NCBI GenBank assembly: GCA_965247095.1
Contig: OZ251997.1
Location: 3,744,001 to 3,808,000, forward strand
Source of the DNA: Candidatus Multivorans sp.
GTDB taxonomy: Bacteria; Acidobacteriota; Thermoanaerobaculia; Multivoradales; Multivoraceae
DNA: 64,000 nucleotides
Direction of reading: 5' to 3'
The position numbers and the translations under genes were made by a program. The notes below the pieces were generated by a model. It was not told the origin of the DNA. It saw nothing but the letters and a program-made list of their open reading frames with translations, and searched no databases. This document shows, piece after piece, positions 51,023 to 59,689 of this stretch (positions within the stretch are counted from its first letter, which is position 1; every line of letters starts with the position of its first letter).

Positions 51023-51881
51023 GCAGTCGAAGTCTCCGGTCACAGCCCGTCACGCTTCGACCGTCCTGTTGCTGCGGGACAGCGAACGCGGCGTCGAAGT
51101 GTTCATGGAGCGCCGGCATATCAAGTCGGACTTCGTCGGCGGCGCCTATGTCTTTCCGGGCGGCCGGGTCGACCCCGAGGACCGGGTCGACGAGGCGCTT
51201 TGCCACGGCCTCACCGATCGCGAGGCCAGCGCCCGGCTGTCGCTGGAGGAGGGCGGGTTGACCTTCTACGTCGCCGCGATCCGTGAATGCTTCGAGGAGG
51301 CCGGCGTGTTGCTGGCCTACGATCGGGACGGACAGTTGCTCGACTTCTCGGGCCGGTCGGTTGAGGAGCACTACGAGGCCCTGCGTGGCGAGCTGAACGC
51401 CGGCAAGCTCTCCCTGCTCGATATCGCTGCCCAGGAGGGGCTGACCCTGGCCACCGATCGCATCAGCTACTGGGCGCACTGGATCACTCCGGAGGGGCAG
51501 CCCAGGCGCTACGACACCCGCTTCTTCGTCACCAGGGCGCCGCGGAATCAGACCGCCGGCCACGACGACCACGAGCTGACGAGTTCGGCCTGGGTCACCG
51601 CCCGGGAGGCGCTTGAGCACGGGCGGCGCGGAGAGTGGATGATCATCTTCCCCACCATCCGCAACCTGATGAAGCTGGCCCGGTTCGACACCGCGGACGC
51701 GGCGATCGCGGCCGTCGATGCACAGACAGAATTCCCCATCATTCAGCCCCGCGTCCTGCTGGGCAGAACGCCGGACGAGCCGCCGCGCGCGGTGATTCCG
51801 GGTGAGGAGGGCTACGAGGAGGCCGCGCCCAGTCCCTCCGTGGCCAATGCCCGCGACTGGAAGCGGGCCTTCAGCGTTTGA
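51015..51881 (+). CDS. NUDIX hydrolase (Nudt19-like)
   Basis: VFPGGRVD, AAIRECFEEAG, WITP...RRYDTRFF. Confidence 0.85.
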   Translation: MSEQSKSPVTARHASTVLLLRDSERGVEVFMERRHIKSDFVGGAYVFPGGRVDPEDRVDEALCHGLTDREASARLSLEEGGLTFYVAAIRECFEEAGVLLAYDRDGQLLDFSGRSVEEHYEALRGELNAGKLSLLDIAAQEGLTLATDRISYWAHWITPEGQPRRYDTRFFVTRAPRNQTAGHDDHELTSSAWVTAREALEHGRRGEWMIIFPTIRNLMKLARFDTADAAIAAVDAQTEFPIIQPRVLLGRTPDEPPRAVIPGEEGYEEAAPSPSVANARDWKRAFSV

Positions 51882-52759
51882 GCAGCAGACGCCGGATGGA
51901 CGGTCTTGTGAAGGGCAGGCCGGTGCGGCTGTCGGGCCGCGTGCTGCGGGTGACCCAGGACAACCCGGGCATGTTCACGGGGCCGGGCACGAACACCTAC
52001 GTCATCGGCGCGGAGAGCGGACCCGTGTTCGTCCTCGACCCGGGCGAGGAGGACGACCGGCACTTCGACGCGGTAGCCGCGGCAGTTGGCGGACGGCAGG
52101 TCGAGGCGGTCCTGATCAGTCACATGCACCGCGACCACTGGCCCCTGGCGCCCCGCGTCGCCAATCACTACGGCGCGGCGATCCTCACCTTCAGCGAGCA
52201 GCCGCCGTTCGGCGCCGCAGTCCGCCTCGAGGACAGCAAGCGCCTGTCCGCCGCCGGCACGACACTGGTGGCCCTCCACACCCCCGGCCACGCCAGCGAC
52301 CACCTCTGCTTCCTGCTCGAAGAGGAGCGGGCCGTGTTCACCGCCGACCTGGTCATGGGCTGGTCGACCTCGATCATCGCGCCGCCCGACGGCAACCTGA
52401 ACCAGTACATGGCCTCATTGGAACGCCTCATCGAACTCGACCGCACCACCGGCATCGACGTCCTCCACCCCGGCCACGGCGAATCGATCGAACCGCCGCT
52501 CGACCGGATCGAGGAGATCCGCCGCCACCGCCAGCAGCGCACCGATCAGGCCCTCCAAGCAATCGCCGCCGGCGTCGCCACCATCCCGGAGATGGTCGAA
52601 CGCATCTACGTCGACGTCGACCGCAAACTCCACGGTGCGGCCGCCTTCTCGCTGCGGGCCCACCTGGAGGCCCTGGTAGAGGAGGGCAAAGTGGCGGAAA
52701 CCGAGCCTGGACGGTACGAGGCGGCTCCCACCCGCGAAGACGGGGAGACACGAACCTGA
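51878..52759 (+). CDS. MBL-fold hydrolase (LACTB2-like)
   Basis: NPGMFTGPGTNTY, SHMHRDH, HTPGHASDH, PGHG. Confidence 0.88.
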   Translation: MSSRRRMDGLVKGRPVRLSGRVLRVTQDNPGMFTGPGTNTYVIGAESGPVFVLDPGEEDDRHFDAVAAAVGGRQVEAVLISHMHRDHWPLAPRVANHYGAAILTFSEQPPFGAAVRLEDSKRLSAAGTTLVALHTPGHASDHLCFLLEEERAVFTADLVMGWSTSIIAPPDGNLNQYMASLERLIELDRTTGIDVLHPGHGESIEPPLDRIEEIRRHRQQRTDQALQAIAAGVATIPEMVERIYVDVDRKLHGAAAFSLRAHLEALVEEGKVAETEPGRYEAAPTREDGETRT

Positions 52760-52796
52760 CTCGGGGACGCCACAGCAACACTGTGACACGCGACAG

Positions 52797-53265
52797 GGCA
52801 CCGAGGGGAAGATCCGCACCGGCTTGCTCCAGGCCGACCTCGTTGAGGCGGTCGTCGGCATGGCGCCCAATCTGTTTCATGGAACCCAATTGGCAGCCAG
52901 CATTTTGGTCCTTCGCCGCCGTAAGCCTCCGCGGCGCAGGCACAAGGTCCTTGTCATCGACGCGTCGAGCCTGTTCCGAAAGGGCAGAGCCCAGAACTTC
53001 CTGGAGCCGGCTCACGGCGAGCTGATCGTCAAGTGGTACCGGGCCTTCGAGGACGTCGAGGACCGCGCCAGAGTCGTCTCGCTCGACGAGATCAAGGAGG
53101 AGGACTGGACGCTCAACATCTCGCGGTATGTGCTGCCACCCCTTGGGGGAGAAGGTCCCGCCCCTTCCCGAAGCGGCGAACTCGTTCAAGGCGGCGCTTG
53201 CGGAGGTGCGCGCGGCTGAGGACGGTCTGCGCGCCGTGCTGGAGGATGAGGGTTGGCTCAAGTGA
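52797..53265 (+). pseudogene. hsdM: Type I R-M methyltransferase HsdM, C-terminal fragment (first of two)
   Basis: EGKIRTGLLQADLVEAVVGMAPNLF, VLVIDAS, WTLNISRYV; no 5' part; frameshift at C/G runs ~53140-53150. Confidence 0.8.
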
Positions 53266-54562
53266 ACCCGCAACTATCCCAACAGGAGCTTGAGGCGCAC
53301 CTTTGGGGGGCCGCCACGCTTCTGCGCGGGCTGATCGACGCGAGCGACTATAAGCAGTACATCTTCCCCCTCCTCTTCTTCAAGCGGCTCAGCGACATCT
53401 GGGACCAGGAGTACGGCCAGGCGTACGACGAGTCAGGCGACGAGAGCTACGCCGTCGCGATGGCGAACGATCGCTTCCGTGTGCCCGCCGGCGTCCGTTG
53501 GGACGATGTCCGTGATGCGCCGAGTGATGTCGGCCGGGCCCTGCTCCGCGCGTTCCGAAAGATCGAGCGGGCCAACGCCGAGCGGCTGCGCGGTGTCTTC
53601 GGCAACGCTCCATGGACCGACAAGGCACGGATGCCGGACGGCACCTTGAAGAACCTCGTCGAGCACTTTTCGCGCCACGAGCTGAACCTCGCCAGCGTAC
53701 CCGAGGACGAACTGGGCGACGCCTACGAGTACCTCATCAAGCAGTTCGCGGACGACAGCGGCCACACGGCCCAGGAGTTCTACACCAACCGCACTCTCGT
53801 CCATCTCATGGCGAAGATGCTGCAGCCGAAAGTTGGTGAGTCCATCTACGACCCGACGTGTGGCACCGGCGGCATGCCCATCTCGGTCTCGCCGACGTGC
53901 AGCGGCGGGGCGCCGACACGCGCACGCTCAAGCTCTACGGCCAAGAGCTCATCGCGACGACCGCCGCGATCGCGCGCATGAACCTTGTGCTGCACGGCGT
54001 AGCGGACTTCCGCATTGCAGGCGGTAAAACGTTGGCGGCGCCCGCCTTCGTCGAGAACGACAACCTCCGGCGGTTCGATGTCGTCCTCGCGAATCCCCCG
54101 TACTCGATCAAGAGTTGGAACCGGACCGCTTGGCAGCACGACCCTTGGGGCCGCAACTTCCTTGGTACGCCGCCCCAGGGGCGGGCGGACTACGCCTTCC
54201 TTCAGCACATCCTGCACAGCCTGGATCGCCGGACCGGACGCTGCGCGATCCTGTTTCCCCATGGTGTGTTGTTCCGAAACGAGGAAGCGGCGATGCGCCG
54301 CGCCCTCGTGGAGTCCGACCTAGTCGAGTGTGTGCTTGGCCTGGGGCCTGGGCTGTTCTACAACTCGCCGATGGAGGCATGCGTGCTCGTCTGCCGAAGC
54401 CGTAAGCCCGAATCGCGCCGTGGGCGAATCCTCTTCATCGACGCGGTGGCCGAGATCGCCCGCGAGCGCGCTCAGAGCTTTCTCAAGTCCGAGCACCAGC
54501 GGCGCATTCTGCGGGCCTATCGGGCGTTCGATGACACACCAGGTTTCGCAGCGGTGGCTGCG
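53262..54562 (+). pseudogene. hsdM: Type I R-M methyltransferase HsdM (NPPY type), frameshifted and truncated
   Basis: LWGAATLLRG, YKQYIFPLLFFKRLSD, EFYT, YDPTCGTGGM, frameshift ~53885, ANPPY, PHGVLFR. Confidence 0.85.
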
Positions 54563-54986
54563 GTCGCGTTCGGCGATGTGGTGCGGTGACACACTCGTCG
54601 TTCGCGGCAATGGCAACCGGTATATCACCGGCAAGGCCGGTATGGCGGACCAGGACTACGACGACATGTTCTGCCCGGACAAGTTGATTCGGTTGCGATT
54701 CGATACGAGGAAGATCTTGTCCGAGTTCGCGCTGTCGCAGTGGAACCTGCCATCCGTCCACCTGAGGCTTGTGTCTCGCGCTAAGGGGTCCAACGGGAAC
54801 TGGATGGTCAACGGCCAGGACATCCGGGCTCATCGTTTGGCGCTTCCGCTGCTGCCGGAGCAGCGGGTGATCGGTGACATGGCCGCGTATTGGCAGCGCG
54901 CGGTGAGCAGGGTGCGCGCCAGACTGGCGGCAACCCAGCGGCTGAAGGCGGCTGCTCTCGACGAGGCGCTACGCCCGCCTGGATGA
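54563..54986 (+). pseudogene. hsdS: Type I R-M specificity subunit HsdS remnant
   Basis: VAFGDVVR then, in another frame, GDTLVVRGNG...DKLIRLRF...LPLLPEQRVI...LKAAAL (TRD plus conserved helix). Confidence 0.7.
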
Positions 54987-55046
54987 GAAGGAAGACCGCT
55001 GCCGCCGTGTTAGGCTCGCGCAGTTCAGGGGAGGCGGAAGGCGGCG

Positions 55047-55316
55047 ATGGACTCACCAACGACGAAAGCGGACGACAGGGAACAGCTCCTTCGGTTGGCG
55101 CAACGGGTGCCGGACGAGGAGATTCCGGCGGCGGTGCGTTACCTGGAGTACCTGAGTGACCGAGCGGACCCCTACCTCCGGTTCCTGCTGAGCGTGCCCG
55201 AAGTGGACCATGAGCTGAGCGAGGAGTGCGAGCGCGGCCTGGAGGAGGCTTGGGACGACATTCGGGCCGGTCGAGTGCATAGCTCCGAGGAAGTCAGGAG
55301 GGAGCTGGGTCTCTGA
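55047..55316 (+). CDS. Putative antitoxin
   Basis: Acidic 89-aa protein with EAWDDIRAGRVHSSEEVRRELGL tail; stop overlaps the toxin start. Confidence 0.75.
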   Translation: MDSPTTKADDREQLLRLAQRVPDEEIPAAVRYLEYLSDRADPYLRFLLSVPEVDHELSEECERGLEEAWDDIRAGRVHSSEEVRRELGL

Positions 55317-55579
55317 GCGGCCGGAGCGTCGCGTACACCACGCGAGCGGTCCGTGACCTGAGGCGGCTTGACCCGGCAGCGCGACGTCGGGTAGTGGAGG
55401 GAATCGACCGGCACGCGCTTACCGGCAGGGGCGACATCAAGCGGCTCAAGGGGCCGCGTCGTGGTGACTGGCGGCTCCGCGTCGGGGATTGGCGCGTCCT
55501 GTTCTCCTACGATTCCCGGGAGAAAGCAATCATGATCACGCGCGTCGAGCACCGAAGCGGTGTGTATCGGCGCGGGTGA
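55313..55579 (+). CDS. RelE/ParE-family toxin
   Basis: AVRDLRRL...DIKRLKG...WRLRVGDWRVLF...VEHRSGVY; CTG start inferred (CTGA overlap, GGAGGGAG SD). Confidence 0.8.
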   Translation: MSGRSVAYTTRAVRDLRRLDPAARRRVVEGIDRHALTGRGDIKRLKGPRRGDWRLRVGDWRVLFSYDSREKAIMITRVEHRSGVYRRG

Positions 55580-55628
55580 GGGCGTCGCGAACGCGTTACC
55601 TTGCTGTCGGATGTCGGGGGCAATCTGA

Positions 55629-55870
55629 GTGAAGTTCAACGAGGCGAACACGGTCGAGGCCGGGATCCGTGACCTGCTGTGTGGCGGAGTCACGGGCCAC
55701 ACGGCGGTGGGCCCTGGCCTTGCCCGTCGTGGAGGCAAGGTCACGAGGAGTTCGCCGCCTGGCTCGGCGGTGAGCGTTCCATGCCCTTCGGCCAGGATGG
55801 TGAGCACGTCACGGTGAGGCTGATTGACTTCGAGGACATCGAGAAGAACCAGTACGTCGTGACTCACGGC
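55629..55870 (+). pseudogene. hsdR: Type I R-M restriction subunit HsdR N-terminal remnant
   Basis: MKFNEANTVE... then out-of-frame MPFGQDGEHVTVRLIDFEDIEKNQYVVT; truncated. Confidence 0.65.
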
Positions 55871-55886
55871 TCTCCGCCGCCGCGCG

Positions 55887-57908
55887 TCAGCGGCGCCAGG
55901 GGGCGCGGATCTTGCGGCCTTCGCGGTAGGCGGCGAGCCGCTCGTGAGCTTCTTCGAGGGCCTCGGGGGGGCCGGTTCGTTCCAGGTTCTCGATCAGTCG
56001 TTCCTGCCAGACCGTGGCCTCTTCGAAGTTGCCGGTTTCAGCGTAGGCCATGGCGAGGACGGCGCCGTGGGCCGGTGTCTGGGCACGCTGGAACAACTGC
56101 TGCGCGAGATTCAGGGCCCTTTCACCGTCTCGCACCTCGTCGTCCTCAGAAGCGGCGAGGACCTGGACCAGGAGCACGGCGAAGTAGCCGCTGCCGCCCT
56201 GGTCGGGAAGCTCGAGGGTCTGCTCGAGCATGAGCCGCACCTGCGCGTCTTCGCCTGCGAGCAGCAGAGCCGTGACCTCCGCCGCCCGGGCCTGGCTGTC
56301 GGTGGGGTCGAGTTCCAGGGCGCGGCGCGAAGCCAGGGCGGCTTCCTTGAAACGGCCGAGACGACCGAGGGCGGTGCTCAGGTTGACGTAGGCCGCCTTG
56401 AGCGTCGGGTTGGAGACGATCGCCCGTTGATAGTGGGGGATCGCTTCCTCGTAGCGCTCCTGCTCGGTGCGGATGTTGCCGAGTTCGAAGTGGGCCGCGC
56501 TCAGCAGGGCCGGGTCGGCGTCCGCGCTGATCAGTTGCTCGAAGCGTCGAGCCGCCGAAGCCGGTCGGCCGAGTTCCCGCTCTATCCGCCCGAGTAGCAT
56601 CACGATCTCGCGATTGAGCCCGAAGTCGGCCAGCAACGACTCGAATTCACGAAGTGCGAGTTCGCTGCGGCCGCCGCGCCGGTAGCTGCTTGCCCGGTGG
56701 AAACGGAGGTTGCGGTCACCCGGAGCCAGTTCGAGAGCCTGGGTCAAGGCCTCGGCAGCTTCAAGGTGGTCGCCGGTTTCACCCCGGCTCCTTGCCAATT
56801 CGACCCAGGCCGGCCCGAAGGACGGTTCGAGTTCGACCGCCCGGCTGAGTCGCTCATCTGCTGCCTGGAACCTGCCTTCCTCGCTGTAGAGGCGCCCCGT
56901 GTGGAACAGCAGCGCGGCGTCGTCGGGGCTCAGGTCCAGCGCCTCCTGGAACCACATGGCGGCCTCGGCGCGCCGGCCCATCTGCTCCAGGGCCGCTGCG
57001 AGGGACCGTTTGGCAGCGACACTCTGCGGATAGTTCTGGGCTGCCTCGCGGAACCGTTGCTCGGCCAGTTCGAATGCGTTCGCGGCCAGGGCAACACGGC
57101 CCAGCAGCAGTTGAGCACCGATTCCGGTGGCTGACTCCTTGATCTCTGCCGCGATTGGATCGGCGAAGGCGACCGGCGCCTCGCCGCGGAGTTCCATCGC
57201 CGCTCTCGACGCTCCGTCGTCACCGAGGGCGCGATGGGCGAGGGCGATGTGGTAGTGAAGCGAGTCGGCTCGAGGCTGGTCCCGCAGCGCCGCCTGGAAG
57301 TGCTCAAGCGCCGCCGTCGGGTCGTCGGTCTCGGAGGCGAGACGGCCGAGGCCGAAGTGTGCCGCCGCCCTGGCGCCGGGCAGTTCCAGGGTGCGTTCAT
57401 ACTGGGTGCGTGCTTCCTCACCCTGCCCCAACTCGAGGTAGACCCGACCGAGGCGGATGGCCGTCGCCGGATCGTCCGGTTGCAGCGAGCGGGCCTGCTC
57501 GTAGGCAGCAACCGCGTCCTCGAGTTCTCCCAGGTGCTCCGCGGCGCTGCCGAGGAGGTAGCGCCAACGGAAGTTCCGCGGTTGCAGCTCCGCGGCGTTG
57601 GCGAGACAGGCTCTCGCCGGTGGCAGGAGGTCGTACACGAGGTAGAGCTGGCCGGCCTCGCCGAACAGCAGTCCCAACTGATCGGCGTTTTCCGAAGTGA
57701 GCGCACCCGCCGCGAGGGCGTCGTCAAGAAGCTTGCGTTGCTCGGCGATCTGATCGCGCACCGCTTCGTCGACGCCGCGAAGATCGACTTCGGGCACCGG
57801 CACGAGGCGGTCGGTGATCTCGGTCTGCGCCCGGAGACCCACGGCGGCCAGCGACAGCACGAGGGCGAGGGCGGCGGTCACGCGTTGCGGATCGAGAGGC
57901 CTGATCAT
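55887..57908 (-). CDS. Secreted multi-TPR protein
   Basis: Signal peptide, numerous TPRs, C-terminal LAASEDDEVRDGERAL motif; overlaps the CRTAC1 gene stop. Confidence 0.85.
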   Translation of the reverse strand: MIRPLDPQRVTAALALVLSLAAVGLRAQTEITDRLVPVPEVDLRGVDEAVRDQIAEQRKLLDDALAAGALTSENADQLGLLFGEAGQLYLVYDLLPPARACLANAAELQPRNFRWRYLLGSAAEHLGELEDAVAAYEQARSLQPDDPATAIRLGRVYLELGQGEEARTQYERTLELPGARAAAHFGLGRLASETDDPTAALEHFQAALRDQPRADSLHYHIALAHRALGDDGASRAAMELRGEAPVAFADPIAAEIKESATGIGAQLLLGRVALAANAFELAEQRFREAAQNYPQSVAAKRSLAAALEQMGRRAEAAMWFQEALDLSPDDAALLFHTGRLYSEEGRFQAADERLSRAVELEPSFGPAWVELARSRGETGDHLEAAEALTQALELAPGDRNLRFHRASSYRRGGRSELALREFESLLADFGLNREIVMLLGRIERELGRPASAARRFEQLISADADPALLSAAHFELGNIRTEQERYEEAIPHYQRAIVSNPTLKAAYVNLSTALGRLGRFKEAALASRRALELDPTDSQARAAEVTALLLAGEDAQVRLMLEQTLELPDQGGSGYFAVLLVQVLAASEDDEVRDGERALNLAQQLFQRAQTPAHGAVLAMAYAETGNFEEATVWQERLIENLERTGPPEALEEAHERLAAYREGRKIRAPWRR

Positions 57909-59689
57909 CGGTTGTCGTCTTTCTGCTGTCCCGGCCCGCGGCCGGTGCCGCGGACGAGCTCAGTGTAGGTCGCCGAAGGCGGCGCCGGCCACTCCTCGAC
58001 CATTCCGTCCGGCCACTGGACCTCGATGCGCGTCACGGTAGCGCCAGCCAGGCTGACCGCGATCCGAGGATCTCCCGACGAGGCGTAGCTGCCGCTGCTG
58101 CCTGCCAATCGTACGAGAGGCGACGCTCCGGCCCGGTGGACCCGCACTGTGACGCCGGATGCCGGGCGATTGCCGTGGGCGGCGTCCAGGCGCGGCGCCA
58201 GACCGATCCAGTCGTCGCCCGCCGCTGCCTGGTTCAGCAGCAGGCGTGCCGGTCCGTTGTTGTTCGTGATCACCAGGTCCGTATCGCCATCGTTGTCGAT
58301 GTCGCCGGTCGCAAGGCCGCGGCTTACCAGGGTGGAGGAACCGTCCAGGATGCCGGCCGGCCCCGGGGCGAAACGGCGGCCGCCGCTACCGCCGGGCACG
58401 TTGAGGAACACCTGGTTCGGTTGATCGAGGGGGAACGGATCGTCTTCGGTGCGCGGTCTACCGGCGGCGAAGGTGACGGCGCCGTTCACTACCGCCAGGT
58501 CGATCCAGCCGTCGGCGTCGAGATCGACGAAGGCGGCGCCGAAGGATGTCGCGTCCCAGCTCGGCCGTGCCAGGGCGGCGGCGTTCGTCCGATCGCGAAA
58601 GGAGGGTGCGCCGGCTTCCGAGTCGTTCCGGTAGAGGGTGTTCGTTTCCCGGTTGAAGTGGGTCAGGAAGAGATCGAGGTCACCGTCGCCGTCGTAGTCG
58701 CCGCCGGTGACACCCATGCTGGCCTCGGCCTCGCCGTCGGCGTTGAGTGCCGCGCCACTGATCAGACCCTCCTCGACCAGCACGCCGTTTCCGCCGTTGA
58801 TCCAGAGATGGTTGGGCATGAGATCGTTGGCGACGTAGAAGTCGAGCCGGCGGTCGCCGTCGAGGTCGGCGGCAAGGACACCGAGGCCGTTGCCGGGGCG
58901 GGTCGAGGTGAGGCCCGCCTTGGCGGTCGCGTCCTCGAATCGACCGGCGCCGTCATTGCGCAGCAGACGGTCGGGGACAGGCTGGTAGGCGCTGGGAAGG
59001 CAGTAGTCGATCTCGCCCCGTTCGGTCAGACAGGTCTTGTGCGTCATCAGGGAAAAGTTCAGGTAGTTGACAACGAACAGGTCGAGGTCCAGGTCGCCGT
59101 CGTAGTCGGCTGCTGCCGCGGCGATGCTCCATCGCGGGTCTCCCGTGCCGCTGGCTTCGGTGCGGTCGGTGAACGTCCCGTCGCCCTCGTTGCGCCAGAG
59201 TTGGTTGTCGCCGAGGTTCAGCACGTAGAGATCGGTCCAGCCGTCGTTGTCCAGGTCGCCGGCTGTGACTCCCATGCCGTAGCCGAATGCCGAAATGCCG
59301 CTCTCCTCGGTGACGTCGACGAAGTGGACCGTGGTGCGGCCGTTGCTGTGCTCGAGGTCGTTGCGGAGCAGTCGGTCCCGCGGCGGCCACTCGCCGGTCC
59401 ACGGCACGGTCGCCCTTGCGCGGTCCTCGTCGTCCCCGAGGATGTTTCCCTGGACCAGGTAGAGGTCGAGGTCGCCGTCGTTGTCGTAGTCGAAGAGGGC
59501 CGCGCCGGCGCCGACCACCTCGGGGTAGTAGAGGTGACCGCTCATGCCGTTCCAGTGACGGAAGTCGAGGCCGGCGGTCTCTGTCGCGTCGACGAAGCGG
59601 ACCTCCCGGTCTCCTGCCGTGGCGAGGGCGGGGGGAAGCGCCGCGATCACGGAGACGGCAACGGCGCCAGCGCCGAGGGTACGTCTCAT
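57905..59689 (-). CDS. CRTAC1-family FG-GAP/ASPIC-UnbV protein
   Basis: DYDNDGDLDLY, DLDNDGWTDL repeats, SRGLATGDIDNDGDTD, GSYAS, VQWPDG. Confidence 0.88.
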   Translation of the reverse strand: MRRTLGAGAVAVSVIAALPPALATAGDREVRFVDATETAGLDFRHWNGMSGHLYYPEVVGAGAALFDYDNDGDLDLYLVQGNILGDDEDRARATVPWTGEWPPRDRLLRNDLEHSNGRTTVHFVDVTEESGISAFGYGMGVTAGDLDNDGWTDLYVLNLGDNQLWRNEGDGTFTDRTEASGTGDPRWSIAAAAADYDGDLDLDLFVVNYLNFSLMTHKTCLTERGEIDYCLPSAYQPVPDRLLRNDGAGRFEDATAKAGLTSTRPGNGLGVLAADLDGDRRLDFYVANDLMPNHLWINGGNGVLVEEGLISGAALNADGEAEASMGVTGGDYDGDGDLDLFLTHFNRETNTLYRNDSEAGAPSFRDRTNAAALARPSWDATSFGAAFVDLDADGWIDLAVVNGAVTFAAGRPRTEDDPFPLDQPNQVFLNVPGGSGGRRFAPGPAGILDGSSTLVSRGLATGDIDNDGDTDLVITNNNGPARLLLNQAAAGDDWIGLAPRLDAAHGNRPASGVTVRVHRAGASPLVRLAGSSGSYASSGDPRIAVSLAGATVTRIEVQWPDGMVEEWPAPPSATYTELVRGTGRGPGQQKDDNR

